Both the position numbers and the translations under genes were made by a program. A DNA stretch of 64,000 nt from Antedon mediterranea (lineage: Eukaryota; Animalia; Echinodermata). The stretch lies in contig NC_092675.1 of NCBI RefSeq assembly GCF_964355755.1, positions 11,837,812 through 11,901,811 of the forward strand. Direction: 5' to 3'. The notes beneath the pieces are model-generated. The model was not told the origin of the DNA. It searched no databases and was given only the letters and a program-made list of their open reading frames with translations. Shown piece after piece: positions 12,300 to 24,965 of the stretch; position 1 is the stretch's first letter; each line of letters opens with the position of its first letter.

Positions 12300-13450
12300 T
12301 AGCAATAAATAGCAAACAAATAGCTGTGTAAATGCTATACCTGATACAGCAATAATAGCAATTAATAGCAAACAAATAGCTGTGTAATTGCTATACATGA
12401 TACAGCAATAATAGCAATTAATAGCAAACAAATAGCTGTGTAATTGCTATACCTTTTACAGCAATAATAGCAAATAATAGCAAAGAAATAGCTGTGTAAT
12501 TGCTATACCTGATACAGCAATAATAGCAAATAATAGCAACCAAATAGCTGTGTAATTGCTATACCTGATACAGCAATAATAGCAAATAATAGCAAACAAA
12601 TAGCTGTGTAATTGCTATACCTGATACAGCAATAATAGCAAACAAATAGCTGTGTAATTGCTATACCTGATACAGCAATAATAGCAAATAATAGCAAACA
12701 AATAGCTGTGTAATTGCAAAAAATAGCAAATAATAGCAAACAAATAGCTGTGTAATTGCTATACCTTTTACAGCAATAATAGCAAATAATAGCAAAGAAA
12801 TAGCTGTGTAATTGCTATACCTGATACAGCAATAATAGCAAATAATAGCAACCAAATAGCTGTGTAATTGCTATACCTGATACAGCAATAATAGCAAATA
12901 ATAGCAAACAAATAGCTGTGTATTATTGCTATACCTGATACAGCAATAATAGCAAACAAATAGCTGTGTAATTGCTATACCTGATACAGCAATAATAATA
13001 GCAAATAATAGCAAACAAATAGCTGTGTAATTGCAAAAAATAGCAAATAATAGCAAACAAATAGCTGTATAATTGCTATACCTGATACAGCAATAATAGC
13101 AAATAATAGCAAACAAATAGCTGTGTAATTGCTATTGCTGTTCTATCACTATCCTACTGTGACACATTGGTCACTTGCCTGAAACCTCAGCTATAGCTGC
13201 TATAGTTGCTATACCTGATACAGCAATAATACCAATTAATAGCAAACAAATAGCTGTGTAATTGCTATACCGATCCAGCAATAATATAGCAAATAATAGC
13301 AAACAAATAGCTGTATAATTGCTATATATGATACAGCAATAATAGCAAATAATAGCAATTAAATAGCTGTGTAAGTGCTATATTTTATACAGCATAAATA
13401 GCATGGAAATAACTTGCAGTTGCTATAATTGATATAGCCAGGCTGAAAAT
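12300..13450. repeat. Subterminal ATAGC-rich array, ~56-bp unit
   Basis: Unit AAATAGCTGTGTAATTGCTATACCTGATACAGCAATAATAGCAAATAATAGCAAAC, with shorter variants. Confidence 0.95.
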
Positions 13451-13704
13451 AGCCTTGGGATAGCTTTGGTATTATAAACAGCAAACAAATACCTGTGCAA
13501 TTGCTTCACATCATCTATACAAAACAGGCTGCAAATAGCCTTGGGATAGCTGTTACATCACTATCCTACTGTGACACATTGGTCACTTGCCTGAAACCTC
13601 AGCTATAGCTGCTATAGTTGCTATATTTCAACTACACCATACCATAGTTAAAGCCAAATAATATAACAATTACACAATGCTACACTTAAACTGTGTATAC
13701 TTAA

Positions 13705-13920
13705 AGGCCAGGTGCGGGCAAGAAATTTCTATTGATCATACATTCCAATAATCATCGATCTATAGTTTCCCCTATGTTTCATAATTTTTGGGATTTTTTT
13801 TGTGTTACACAAGCTTGTTGAAAATAACCACTTTCTTATCAGTGGGGGATAGTTCAAATTACACAGTAAAATCTCTAAATTCTTTTGTACACCAATTTTT
13901 TTAATAAAGAGGCATTTTAG
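13705..13920. mobile_element. One end of a TTAA-specific (Kolobok-like) MITE
   Basis: TTAA|AGGCCAGGTGCGGGC...; reverse complement of the right end of the full copy at 59013-59605. Confidence 0.7.
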
Positions 13921-16410
13921 TGATGTTTTTTTTAGGGTATACACGTCAGGCGTTTCACATGGGGGTGGTTAGATCTTGGCGGTTTACATCTGGAGTGATG
14001 TTTTTTTTTAGGTTATACACGTCAGGCGTTTTACATGAGGGTCATTAGATCTTGGCGGTTTATGTCAGGATTAATGGTTTTTTTTAAAGGTATACACGTC
14101 AGGCGTTTTACATGAGGTTGGTTAAATCTTGGCGGTTTACATCTGGAGTGATGTTTTTTTTTAGGTTATACACGTCAGGCGTTTTACATGAGAGTGCGTG
14201 GTCAGATCTTGGCGGTTTACATATGGAGTGATGTTTTTTTTATGGGTATACACGTCAGGCGTTTTACATGATGGTGGTTAGATCTTGGCGGTTTACATCT
14301 GGAGTGATGTTTTTTTTAAGGTTATACACGTCAGGCGTTTTACATCTTTGCGGTTTTCATCTGGAGTGATGTTTTTTTTGTTAGGTTATACACGTCAGGC
14401 GTTTCACATGAGGGTCGTCAGATCTTAGCGGTTTACATCTGGAGTGATGTTTTTTTTATGGGTATACAGGTCAGGCGTTTCACATGAAGGTGGTTAGATC
14501 TTGGCGGTTTATGTCAGGATTAATGTTTTTTTAAGGGTATACACGTCAGGCGTTTTACATGAGGGTGGTTAGATCTTGGCGGTTTACATCTGGAGTGATG
14601 TTTTTTTTAGGTTATACACGTCAGGCGTTTTACATGAGGGTCGTTAGATCTTGGCGGTTTACATCTGGAGTGATGTTTTTTTTAGGTTATACACGTCAGG
14701 CGATTTACATGAGGGTGTTCAGATCTTGGCGGTTTACATCTGGAGTGATGTTTTTTTTTAGGTTATACACGTCAGGCGATTTACATGAGGGTGTTCAGAT
14801 CTTGGCGGTTTACATCAGGAGTGATGTTTTTTTTAGGTTATACACGTCAGGCGTTTCACATGAGGGTGGTTAGATCTTGCCGGTTTAGGTCAGGAGTAAT
14901 GTTTTTTTTAAGGGTATGCACGTGAGGCGTTTTACATGAGGGTGGATCCATTTCGGCAGTTTACATCAGGAGTGATGTTTTTTTTTAGGTTATACACGTC
15001 AGGCGTTTTACATCTGGAGTGATGTTTTTTTTTAGGTTATACATGTCAGGCATTTTATACGAGTGTGGTTAGATCTTGGCGGTTTACATCTGAAGTGATG
15101 TTTTTTTTTATGGGTATACACGTCAGGCATTTCACATGAGGGTGGTTAGATCTTAGCGGTTTATGTCAGGAGCGTTTTACATCTTGGCGGTTTACACTGG
15201 AGTGATTTTTTTTTATAGGTTATACACGTCAGGCGTTTTACATGAGGCTGTTCAGATATTGGCGGTTTACAACATCATAGTTGAGATTATTAAGGAACAA
15301 ACCAGAAAACTATAGAGCCATTTTTGACATTCCAGTTCCCAAATATCTTTAAACATCTTTAATACTACAATCTAATCCATATTGACAACAACTATTATTT
15401 ACCAACAACAATCAGGCTTTTACAATGGATTCCGAACACTACAAATACTTTCATCCTAAACAGCACAATCCTAAAATATTTAAATGTCATAACTAAATAT
15501 TTACATCTGGAGTGATGTTTTTTTTTAAAGGTATACATGTCAGGCATTTTATATGAGTGTGGTTAGATCTTGGCGGTTTACATCTGAAGTGATGTTTTTT
15601 TTTATAGGTATACACATCAGGCATTTCAAATGAGGGTGGTTAGATCTTGGCGGTTTATGTCAGGAGCGTTTTACATCTTGGCGGTTTACACTGGAGTGAC
15701 TTTTTTTTATAGGTTATACACGTCAGGCGTTTTACATGTGGGTGTTCTTGGCGGTTTACATCTGGATTGTTTTTTTTTTTAGGTTATACACATTAGACGT
15801 TTCACATGTGGGTGGTCAGATCTTGGCGGTTTACATCTGGAGTGATGTTTTTTAGGGTATACATGTCAGGGGTTTTAGATGAGGGTGGTCAGACCTTGGA
15901 AGTTTACATCTGGAGTGATGTTTTTTTATGGGTATACACGTCAGGCGTTTCACATGACGGTGGTTAGATCTTGGCGGTTTACATCTGGAGTGATGGTTTT
16001 TTTTAAGGTTCTACACATCAGGCGTTTTACATCTTGGCGGTTTACATCTGGAGTGATGTTTTTTTTTTTTGGTTATACACGTCAGGCGTTTTTTACATGA
16101 CCAGTTAGGGTGGTCAGATCTTGGTGGTTTGCATCTGAAGGGTTTTTTTTTTAGGTTATACACGTCAAGCGTTTTACATGATGGTGGTTAGATCTTGGCG
16201 GTTAACATCTGGAGTGATGTTTTGTTTTAGGTTATACACGTCAGGCATTTTACATGAGGTGGTCACATCTTGGCGGTTTACATCTGGAGTGATGTTTTTT
16301 TTTATGGGTATACATGTCAGGCGGTTCACATGAGGGTGGTTAGATCTTGGCGGTTTATGTCAGGATTAATGTTTTTTTTTAAGGGTATACACGTCAGGCG
16401 TTTTACATGA
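13917..16410. repeat. ~75-bp minisatellite, interrupted at ~15270-15500 by a LINE-derived piece
   Basis: Unit TACACGTCAGGCGTTTTACATGAGGGTGGTTAGATCTTGGCGGTTTACATCTGGAGTGATG(T)nAGGTTA. Confidence 0.95.
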
Positions 16411-17112
16411 TTATTTAAAGGGTCAGTTCTAAGTTCAGATTATTTAGAAGGTTAGGATACTTAAAGAAGGTTTAGTTGACACAGTGGAGGTTTATTAAAT
16501 GGTTAGGTTCATTTCATAGTTGAGATTATTTAGTGGGTTAGGTTCAGTTCATAGTTAGGTTTAGTTGACCCAGTGGAGGTTTTCTAAATGGTAAGGTTCA
16601 GTTCATAGTGGAGATTATTTAAAGGGTTAGGTTCAGTTCATAGTTTAGATTATTTGGAGGGTTAGGTTCAGTTGGTAGTTGAGATTATTTAGAGGGTTAG
16701 GTTCAGTTCATAGTTGAGAATATTTAGAGGGTTAGGTTCAGTTCATAGTTGAGATTATTTAGAGGGTGAGGTTCAGTTGATGTTTCAGATTATTTAGAGG
16801 GTGAGGTTCAGTTCATAGTTGCTATTATTTACAGTGTTAGGTTCAGTTGATAGTTGAGATTATATAGAGGGTTCAGTTCATAGTTTAGATCATTAAGACG
16901 GTTAGGTTCACTTCATAGCTGAGATTATTTAAACGGTACGTTCAGTTCATAGTTGAGATTATTAAGGAACAAACCAGAAAACTATTACAGTGTTAGGTTC
17001 AGTTGATAGTTGAGATTATATAGAGGGTTCAGTTCATAGTTTAGATCATTAAGACGGTTAGGTTCACTTTATAGCTGAGATTATTTAAAGGGTACGTTCA
17101 GTTCATAGTTGA
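16411..17112. repeat. ~35-bp minisatellite
   Basis: Unit TTGAGATTATTTAGAGGGTTAGGTTCAGTTCATAG. Confidence 0.9.
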
Positions 17113-17439
17113 GCCAATTTTGACATTCCAGTTCCCAAATATTTTTAAACATCTTTAACACTGACAACTATTATTTACCAACAACAATCAGGCTTTTACA
17201 ATGGATTCCAAACACTACAAATACTTTCATCCTAAACAGCACAATCCTAAAATATTTAAATGTCATAACTAAATATAATGCCTCAATTTAATTGTACATT
17301 TCCTTATAAACTTAAGTTGCAACTATTAATGATTCAGAATAATATTATATAAAGGTCGCAAACTTAATTCTTTGGCTCTTGAAGTACAATATTATGCAAC
17401 ACACGTAGAAATTTGAATAAAATGTACAGCAAGAAAAAT

Positions 17440-18060
17440 GAGCATAACATCGTGTATGATGACAAAATTAACCTATTCCAAATAAAACATGCCTTCCAAA
17501 TTCCAATTAAAGGGTGATAGCAACAAACCCGAAAACTATAGAGACATTTCTGACATTCGACTTTCCAAACATTTTTAAACATCTTTAATACTACAACAAT
17601 AAGCCATTACTGATAACAACAACATTATTTACCAACAACAATCAGGCTGTCACAAGGGATTCAGAACACTACATATACTTTCATGCTAAACAGCACAATC
17701 AAAAAATATTTAAGTAAGAGAAGGGATCAATTATTTTGTTGCTTCGTTGATCTCAAACTTGCTTTTCACTACATAAACAATAATGTGTATTAATAAAATT
17801 AAGAGAAATAGGTGTAATCAATAATACATTTCACGTCAAATATTCCATGTACAGTAAAATATCAGCACATGTAAAAATATGCCACTAGTTAATGCTCCCA
17901 TTTCAACGTTTGAATGGGATACAGCAAGAAGGTTCACCTCTGTATTCTGTTTAAAATATATTTATAAACGATCTATTATTAATACAAATACCAAAGAAAT
18001 ACAATTCGGAGACTGCTTTATAAACCTATTATCTATTATATTATGCTGATCTGGTCTACC
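17440..18060 (+). pseudogene. Decayed non-LTR retrotransposon reverse transcriptase fragment (RTE-X/CR1-group-like)
   Basis: Frameshifted motifs: IPIKGD...PENYRDIS, NNQA..KGFRT, FMLNSTIKKYLSKRRDQLFCCFVDLKLAF. Confidence 0.65.
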
Positions 18061-18581
18061 AAATTCAATGAATGGTAAGTTGTTTAATCGTATACATACG
18101 TTCGAGTATGGATACATCTGGTACAATCAGAAAGTTGTAAATAAATACAAGTTTGTGATTTAGAAAAATGAAAATATGTTAAGCAGTTTACAATCCATTC
18201 TAAATGAGAGTATTTTAATTTATTTAAATGAAAGATTATAATTTCAGTTTTATCAAAGATAAAATTCATTTTATGTTACTTTGCCCTTTTTTATAAATGT
18301 CATAACTAAATGTATGCCTAGATTTAATTGTACATTTCCTTATAAACTGAAGCTGCAACTATTAATAATATTATAATAATATTATATACAGGTCGCAAAC
18401 TTAATTCTTTGGCTCTTGAAGTACAATATTATGCAAAACACGTAGCAATTTGATTAAAATGTACAGCAATTAGGACAATGAGTGATCTGAGTAAGTAGAA
18501 TAGCCTGATTTATAACATACGATTGAACAATGTCATTCAGTAACTTAAAAAGTTTACCCTCATGCTGCAGTTTCTTGTGTA

Positions 18582-19025
18582 TCATTTCATTGTGTCTTTG
18601 GATAACAGTATACAAAAAAAAATTGACATTCGTTTCGTGATGTACTTATACTTGTTAAGTGATTTGAATGTCTGTTCAGCACATTGAGTGTTAACTCCAG
18701 CAATAACTGCGTGTTGTGGCAGTTGTGGATGGTATATACACTCTGGGTTACTCAATGGCATACATTCTTTTCGTTTGTGAGTCCTAATGTGAAATAGGTC
18801 TACCACGAATTTCAGATTGTTCAATAAGTCAGTTGCTCCTTCATTTCCCTTTTTTGCTAAGTTTTTTAAGAATGGATGAAGCTCACAGGCCCTGTCATAT
18901 CCGATATAGCTGAATCTGTCCCATTGCCTTGAACATGTTCGTAAAAAAAATACAGAAGCTTGGGAAGGTGATTCACAAGTGTATAACTCAGCGAAATCCA
19001 CAATAATACCACAAGGTCTAACCAT
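18582..19025 (-). pseudogene. Kyakuja-Dileera-Zisupton (KDZ)-like transposase catalytic fragment, 5'-truncated
   Basis: Motif order PCG...ES.SQ...YDRAC.L...VDLFH...H...C...C...NTQCAEQTF matches the D, DxxH and E positions of KDZ RNase-H-fold transposases. Confidence 0.75.
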
Positions 19026-22000
19026 AGCAATAGCTGCTATAGCACTGAAACACTTAACCCTTAGACTTCAATAGCACAATAGCATATCAGTAGCAACCAC
19101 AACTGCTTTCTAAGCTATAGCAGAAATAGCAGCTGTAGCAGTAACACTTAACCCTTAGATTTCAATAGCATAATAGCATATCAGTAGCAACCAGAACTGC
19201 TTTTCCAGCTATAGCAGAAATAGTTGCTATAGCAGTAACACTTAACCCTTATATTTCAATAGCATAATAGCATATCAGTAACCACAACTGCTTTTCCAGC
19301 TATAGCATCAATAGCTGCTATAGCAGTGAAACACTTAACCCTTAGACTTCAACAGCATAATAGCATATCAGTAGCAACCACAACTGCTTTTCCTGCTATA
19401 GCAGAAATAGCTGCTATAGCGGTCAAACACTTAACCCTTAGACTTCAATAGCATAATAGCAAATCAATAGCAACCATAACTGTTTTTTCAGCTATAGCAA
19501 AAATAGCTGCTATAGCAGTAACACTTAACCCTTGGACTTCAATAGCATAATAGCAAATCAATAGCAACCATAACTGCTTTTCCAGCTATAGCAAAAATAG
19601 CTGCTGTAGCAGTCAGACTTAACCCTTAGACTTCAATAGCACAATAGCATATCATTAGCAATCACATCTGCTTTTCGAGCTATAGCAGAAATAGCTGCTA
19701 TAGCAGTGAAACACTTAACCCTTCAAATTCAATAGCATAATAGCAAATCAATAGCAACCATAACTGCTTTTCCAACTATAGCAAAAATAGCTGCTATAGC
19801 AGTCAGACTTAACCCTTAGACTTCAATAGCACAATAGCATATCATTAGCAATCACATCTGCTTTTCGAGCTATAGCAGAAATAGCTGCTATAGCAGTGAC
19901 ACACTTAACCCTTCAAATTCAATAGCAAACTAGCTTATCAGTAGCAATCACAACTGCTTTTCCAGCTATAGCAGAAATAGCTGCTATAGCAGTAACACTT
20001 AACCCTTAGACTTCATAGCAGTAACACTTAACCCTTGGACTTCAATAGCACAATAGCAAATCAATAGCAACCATAACTCCTTTTCCAGCTATAGCAAAAA
20101 TAGCTGCTATAGCAGTCAGACTTAACCCTTAAACTTCAACAGCACAATAGCATATCATAATAGCAATCACATCTGCTTTTCCAGCTATATCAAAAACAGC
20201 TGCTATAGCAGTAACACTTAACTCTAAGACTTCAATAGCATAATAGCAAATCAATAGCAACCACAACTGCTTTTCCAGCTATAGCAAAAATAGCTGCTAT
20301 AGCAGTAACACTTAACCCTTGGACTTCAATAGCATAATAGCAAATCAATAGCAACCATAACTGCTTTTCCAGCTATAGCAAAAATAGCTGCTATAGCAGT
20401 AACACTTAACCCTTAGACTTCAATAGCATAATAGCATATCATTAGCAATCACATCTGCTTTTCCAGCTATAGCAAAAATAGCTGCTATAGCAGTAACACT
20501 TAACCCTTGGACTTCAATAGCATAATAGCATATCATTAGCAATCACATCTGCTTTTCGAGCTATAGCAGAAATAGCTGCTATAGCAGTGAAACACTTAAC
20601 CCTTCCAATTCAATAGCATAATAGCACATCAATAGCAACACCACAACTGTTTTTCCAGCTATAGCAAAAATAGCTGCTATAGCAGTAACACTTAACCCTC
20701 GGACTTCAATAGCATAATAGCAAATCAATAGCAACCATAACTGCTTTTCCAGCTATAGCAAAAATAGCTGCTATAGCAGTCAGACTTAACCCTTAGACTT
20801 CAATAGCACAATAGCATATCATTAGCAATCACATCTGCTTTTCGAGCTATAGCAGAAATAGCTGCTATAGCAGTGAAACACTTAACCCTTCAAATTCAAT
20901 AGCATAATAGCAAACCAATAGCAACCATAACTGCTTTTCCATCTATAGCAAAAATATCTGCTATAGCAGTCAGACTTAACCCTTAGACTTCAATAGCACA
21001 ATGGCATATCATTAGCAATCACATCTGCTTTTCGAGCTAAAGCAGAAATAGCTGCTATAGCAGTGAAACACTTAACCCTTCAAATTCAATAGCAAACTAG
21101 CTTATCAGTAGCAACCAAAACTGCTTTTCCAGCTATAGCAAAAATAGCTGCTATAGCAGTAACACTTAGCCCTCGTACTTCAATAGCACAATAGCAAATC
21201 AATAGCAACCATAACTGCTTTTCCAGCTATAGCAAAAATAGCTGCTATAGCAGTAACACTTAACCCTCGGACTTCAATAGCATAAAAGCAAATCAATAGC
21301 AACCATAACTGCCTTTCCAGCTATAGCAAAAATAGCTGCTATAGCAAAAATAGCTGCTATAGCAGTAACACTTAACCCTCGGACTTCAATAGGATAAAAT
21401 CAAATCAATAGCAACCATAACTGCCTTTCCAGCTATAGCAAAAATAGCTGCTATAGCAGTCAGACTTAACCCTTAGACTTCAATAGCACAATAGCATATC
21501 ATTAGCAATCACATCTGCTTTTCGAGCTATAGCAGAAATAGCTGCTATAGCGGTGAAACACTTAACCCTTCAAATTCAATAGCAAACTAGCTTATCAGTA
21601 GCAACCAAAACTGCTTTTCCAGCTATAGCAAAAATAGCTGCTATAGCAGTAACACTTAACCCTCGGACTTCAATAGCATAATAGCAAATCAATAGCAACC
21701 ACAACTGCTTTTCCAGCTATAGCAAAAATAGCTGCTATAGCAGTAACACTTAACCCTCGGACTTCAATAGCATAATAGCAAATCAATAGCAACCATAACT
21801 GCTTTTCCAGCTATAGCAAAAATAGCTGCTATAGCAGTCAGACTTAACCCTTAGACTTCAATAGCACAATAGCATATCATTAGCAATCACATCTGCTTTT
21901 CGAGCTATAGCAGAAATAGCTGCTATAGCAGTGAAACACTTAACCCTTCAAATTCAATAGCATAATAGCAAATCAATAGCAACCATAACTGCTTTTCCAG

Positions 22001-23160
22001 CTATAGCAAAAATAACTGCTATAGCAGTAATACTTAACCCTCAGACTTCAATAGCATAATAGCAAATCAATAGCAACCCTAACTACTTTTCCAGCTATAT
22101 CAAAAATAGCTGCTATAGCAGTAACACTTAACCCTTCAAATTCAATAGCATAATAGCAAATCAATAGCAACCATAACTGCCTTTCCAGCTATAGCAAAAA
22201 TAGCTGCTATAGCAGTCAGACTTAACCCTTAGACTTCAATAGCACAATAGCATATCATTAGCAATCACATCTGCTTTTCGAGCTATAGCAGAAATAGCTG
22301 CTATAGCGGTGAAACACTTAACCCTTCAAATTCAATAGCAAACTAGCTTATCAGTAGCAACCAAAACTGCTTTTCCAGCTATAGCAAAAATAGCTGCTAT
22401 AGCAGTAACACTTAACCCTCGGACTTCAATAGCATAATAGCAAATCAATAGCAACCACAACTGCTTTTCCAGCTATAGCAAAAATAGCTGCTATAGCAGT
22501 AACACTTAACCCTCGGACTTCAATAGCATAATAGCAAATCAATAGCAACCATAACTGCTTTTCCAGCTATAGCAAAAATAGCTGCTATAGCAGTCAGACT
22601 TAACCCTTAGACTTCAATAGCACAATAGCATATCATTAGCAATCACATCTGCTTTTCGAGCTATAGCAGAAATAGCTGCTATAGCAGTGAAACACTTAAC
22701 CCTTCAAATTCAATAGCATAATAGCAAATCAATAGCAACCATAACTGCTTTTCCAGCTATAGCAAAAATAACTGCTATAGCAGTAACACTTAACCCTCAG
22801 ACTTCAATAGCATAATAGCAAATCAATAGCAACCATAACTGCTTTTCCAGCTATAGCAAAAATAGCTGCTATAGCAGTCACACTTAACCCTTGGACTTCA
22901 ATAGCATAATAGCAAATCAATAGCAACCATAACTGCTTTTCCAGCTATAGCAAAAATAGCTGCTATAGCAGTGAACCACTTGGCCCTTAGACTTCTATAG
23001 CATAATAGCATATCAGTAGCAACCACAACTGCTTTTCGAGCTATAGCAAAAATAGCTGCTATAGCAGTAAGACTTATCCCTAAGACTTCAATAGCACAAT
23101 AACATATCACTAGCAACCACAACTGCTTTTCCAGCTATAAGCAGAAATAGCAATATTAGC
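19025..23160. repeat. ~94-bp ATAGC-rich satellite (~44 units) with higher-order structure
   Basis: Unit ATAGCAAAAATAGCTGCTATAGCAGTAACACTTAACCCTT.GACTTCAATAGCATAATAGCAAATCAATAGCAACCATAACTGCTTTTCCAGCT. Confidence 0.95.
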
Positions 23161-23547
23161 ATAAATAGCATGGTTAAAGCAACAAATAGCAATAAAAACC
23201 TGTATGCTACAACACAAGTATAAGCTCTGAAAACTCCAAAATGACCAATCCTGCGCTTTACTCATTTATTCTGGCCTTTTTGTTATTGAAATCCATCTCA
23301 CACATTGACGATACAAGATGTCAGCCTAGGTCAAACCTTGTTTCGCGTCATAACAGGAAACGTTCTGATTGGATACAACGTTGACTTACAGTAGCGTCGT
23401 ACGCTAAAACGGTACTATCAACCGTTTTCCACTACAACGCTACAACCGTTGTACGACGCGTTGTACGCTAATCCCCAACTGTTCAGACACACATTCTTTT
23501 AGCGTCGTACGCTAAAACGGTCTAACGCCATGGGTCTGAACAGGGCC

Positions 23548-24130
23548 TAAGGGGGATAATGATATTTTTGCCTCTTAATAATATTTTGCCATCATCAGAA
23601 CAAATTATTTCATCTTTTACATTCATATATGATTTGAGGTCTTCTAGATCAACATCAGTTAGGTCTTCTGGCTTCAACTTGGCCATATCCCAATTATCAT
23701 TTAGCATAAACTTAAGAACACATTGAATCGTTTTATCAGACTCTGTTGCTAACTGAATGTCGGCAATAGTCATTGCATTAGGTTTAGCTTGTTCAATACA
23801 CATATTTACATATGCAGTGGCACTGTCAGTCACACAGTTATTTACTTCATTACACTTATCTAATGTGTACCGTGACATATAGTCGGCAGGATGGACGGGA
23901 TTAGTCGAACCTTTTTGGAAACATACTTCAAACTGAAACATTTGCAACCTTAGTATCCAATTTTCTATTCTGAGAGAGGGTTTGGACCGTGGGTTGTTAA
24001 ACAGTGAAAGTAGCGGTTTGTGGTCAGTAAAGACTCTAAATGGTTTGCCAACTAGAAACAGTCGAAAATAATGGCACGCCCATGCTATGGCCAATGCCTC
24101 CCGTTCAATTTGGGATACCTTTTTTCAGTG
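23548..24130 (-). pseudogene. Gypsy RNase H and linker to integrase
   Basis: (fs)QIEREALAIAWACHYFRLFLVGKPFRVFTDHKPL...RIENWILRLQ...PADYMSR. Confidence 0.9.
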
Positions 24131-24132
24131 GC

Positions 24133-24238
24133 TGTTTGGTACTACAGCGTGTCCTGCACGCATGCGTATTCTACATGAGTCTGGCGTTGCCAGGATGTGT
24201 TTACTAAATAACCCATTTATAAACTGTACGACACTACA
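24133..24238 (-). repeat. Truncated 5' LTR (106 bp) fused directly to RNase H
   Basis: Matches 9967-10072. The rest of the LTR, the PBS, gag, protease and RT are missing. Confidence 0.9.
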
Positions 24239-24270
24239 AAAACGATAAAGTAAAACAGCCAGAAAAATTA

Positions 24271-24307
24271 GCAGAGCTTTTGGGCAACACTAGCCCTTCA
24301 TCAGTGC
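24271..24307 (-). ncRNA. Minimal hammerhead ribozyme, probably inactivated (GAAA to AAAA)
   Basis: The minus strand reads GCA-CTGATGA-A-GGGC-TAGTGTT-GCCC-AAAA-GCTC-TGC. Confidence 0.7.
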
Positions 24308-24542
24308 AAGTGATGGAATTTGGATAAAGTCATATCATAAGAACTGGCAAGTGCTGCCTGGGTGAACAGGAATAAAAGAAATACAACAAAGAAGAAGGTG
24401 AATGGTGCGTGGAGACTGAATAAGAGTAGAAAACAAAGAAGGTAGCTTGGTAGAGATATAAACAATTTTTGAATGGAATTAAGAAACAGCTTAAATGGTG
24501 CTTAATATTAAAACTTAAATTTATGTAGTCAATGGAATAATT

Positions 24543-24965
24543 TTACCGATCTGGGAGTATGTTCCTAATGTTAAGTCCAACAGGTTTTGTGGTTTTAAGT
24601 AGTAATTCCCAGTGGTTTTCTTTGTCTTTGCGAGATTTGTCGCTCCATTTGACATCGTGGTCTATTGCAATAACTCTGAAATTTGCAATCGAGTGACCAT
24701 CTGAATTAAAATGTTCGGCTACAGGTTGATCAAGCTTTAATGTTTTGATAGCTGATCTGTGTTGTGTCATTCTCATACGGAAAGTGTTTTTTGTTTCCCC
24801 GACGTACTGTTTACCACAAATATTACAGTATATGAAATAAATGACGTTTTTGGTTAGACAATTAATTGATTGTCTTATCCGAAAAATGCGGCCAGTTTGG
24901 TTACTCTTAAATTGTTCAGTAGAATCAACCAATGAACAAGATTTGCCGCAAAGGTGACTGCCCAA
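24543..24965 (-). CDS. GIY-YIG endonuclease domain of a Penelope-like element
   Basis: INCLTKNVIYFIYCNICGKQYVGET...RMTQHR...VAEHF...H...E..W...LKT..PVGLN. Confidence 0.92.
   Translation of the reverse strand: MGSHLCGKSCSLVDSTEQFKSNQTGRIFRIRQSINCLTKNVIYFIYCNICGKQYVGETKNTFRMRMTQHRSAIKTLKLDQPVAEHFNSDGHSIANFRVIAIDHDVKWSDKSRKDKENHWELLLKTTKPVGLNIRNILPDR

Larger units (their letters stand above)
12278..23263. mobile_element. 11-kb TIR transposon with 8-bp TSD, carrying a KDZ-like transposase fragment and four tandem arrays (copy 1)
   Basis: Inverted ends TAAGGCGCAGGATTGGTCAT (12281-12300) and ATGACCAATCCTGCGCTTTA (23241-23260), TSD ATTTATTC (12270-12277 / 23264-23271). An empty-site equivalent lies in the sister Harbinger copy at ~55718-55734. 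Confidence 0.85.
11469..23547. mobile_element. PIF/Harbinger-type non-autonomous element (~1.1-kb core) inflated to 12 kb by a nested insertion
   Basis: ~38-bp TIRs GGCCCTGTTCAGACCCATGGCGTTAGACCGTTTTAGCG and TAA TSD (11466-11468 / 23548-23550). Excision restores Gypsy pol IIPLSLRRKVVDLAHEGH. Confidence 0.92.
9891..24238 (-). mobile_element. Ty3/Gypsy LTR retrotransposon (Mag-like), internally deleted, with nested insertions
   Basis: TGTA...TACA termini, 5-bp TSD AAAAC (9886-9890 / 24239-24243), polypurine tract AGAAGGGAGA (minus strand, 10073-10082), RNase H then integrase on the minus strand. Confidence 0.92.

Noticed and set aside
12503-13116. Track ORFs in arrays (also 14559, 15879, 22898, 36398-39511, 46302)
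   Set aside because: These are translations of tandem repeats, and the variable poly-T length breaks frames.
13917-16410. CRISPR-like repeat-spacer array
   Set aside because: Whole 75-bp units repeat with no unique spacers, there are no cas genes, and the context is eukaryotic. The same applies to the 56, 61, 94 and 120-bp arrays.
16411-17112. Interstitial telomeric repeat
   Set aside because: GGGTTAGG occurs only once per 35-bp unit; there is no (TTAGGG)n or (TTAGG)n run.
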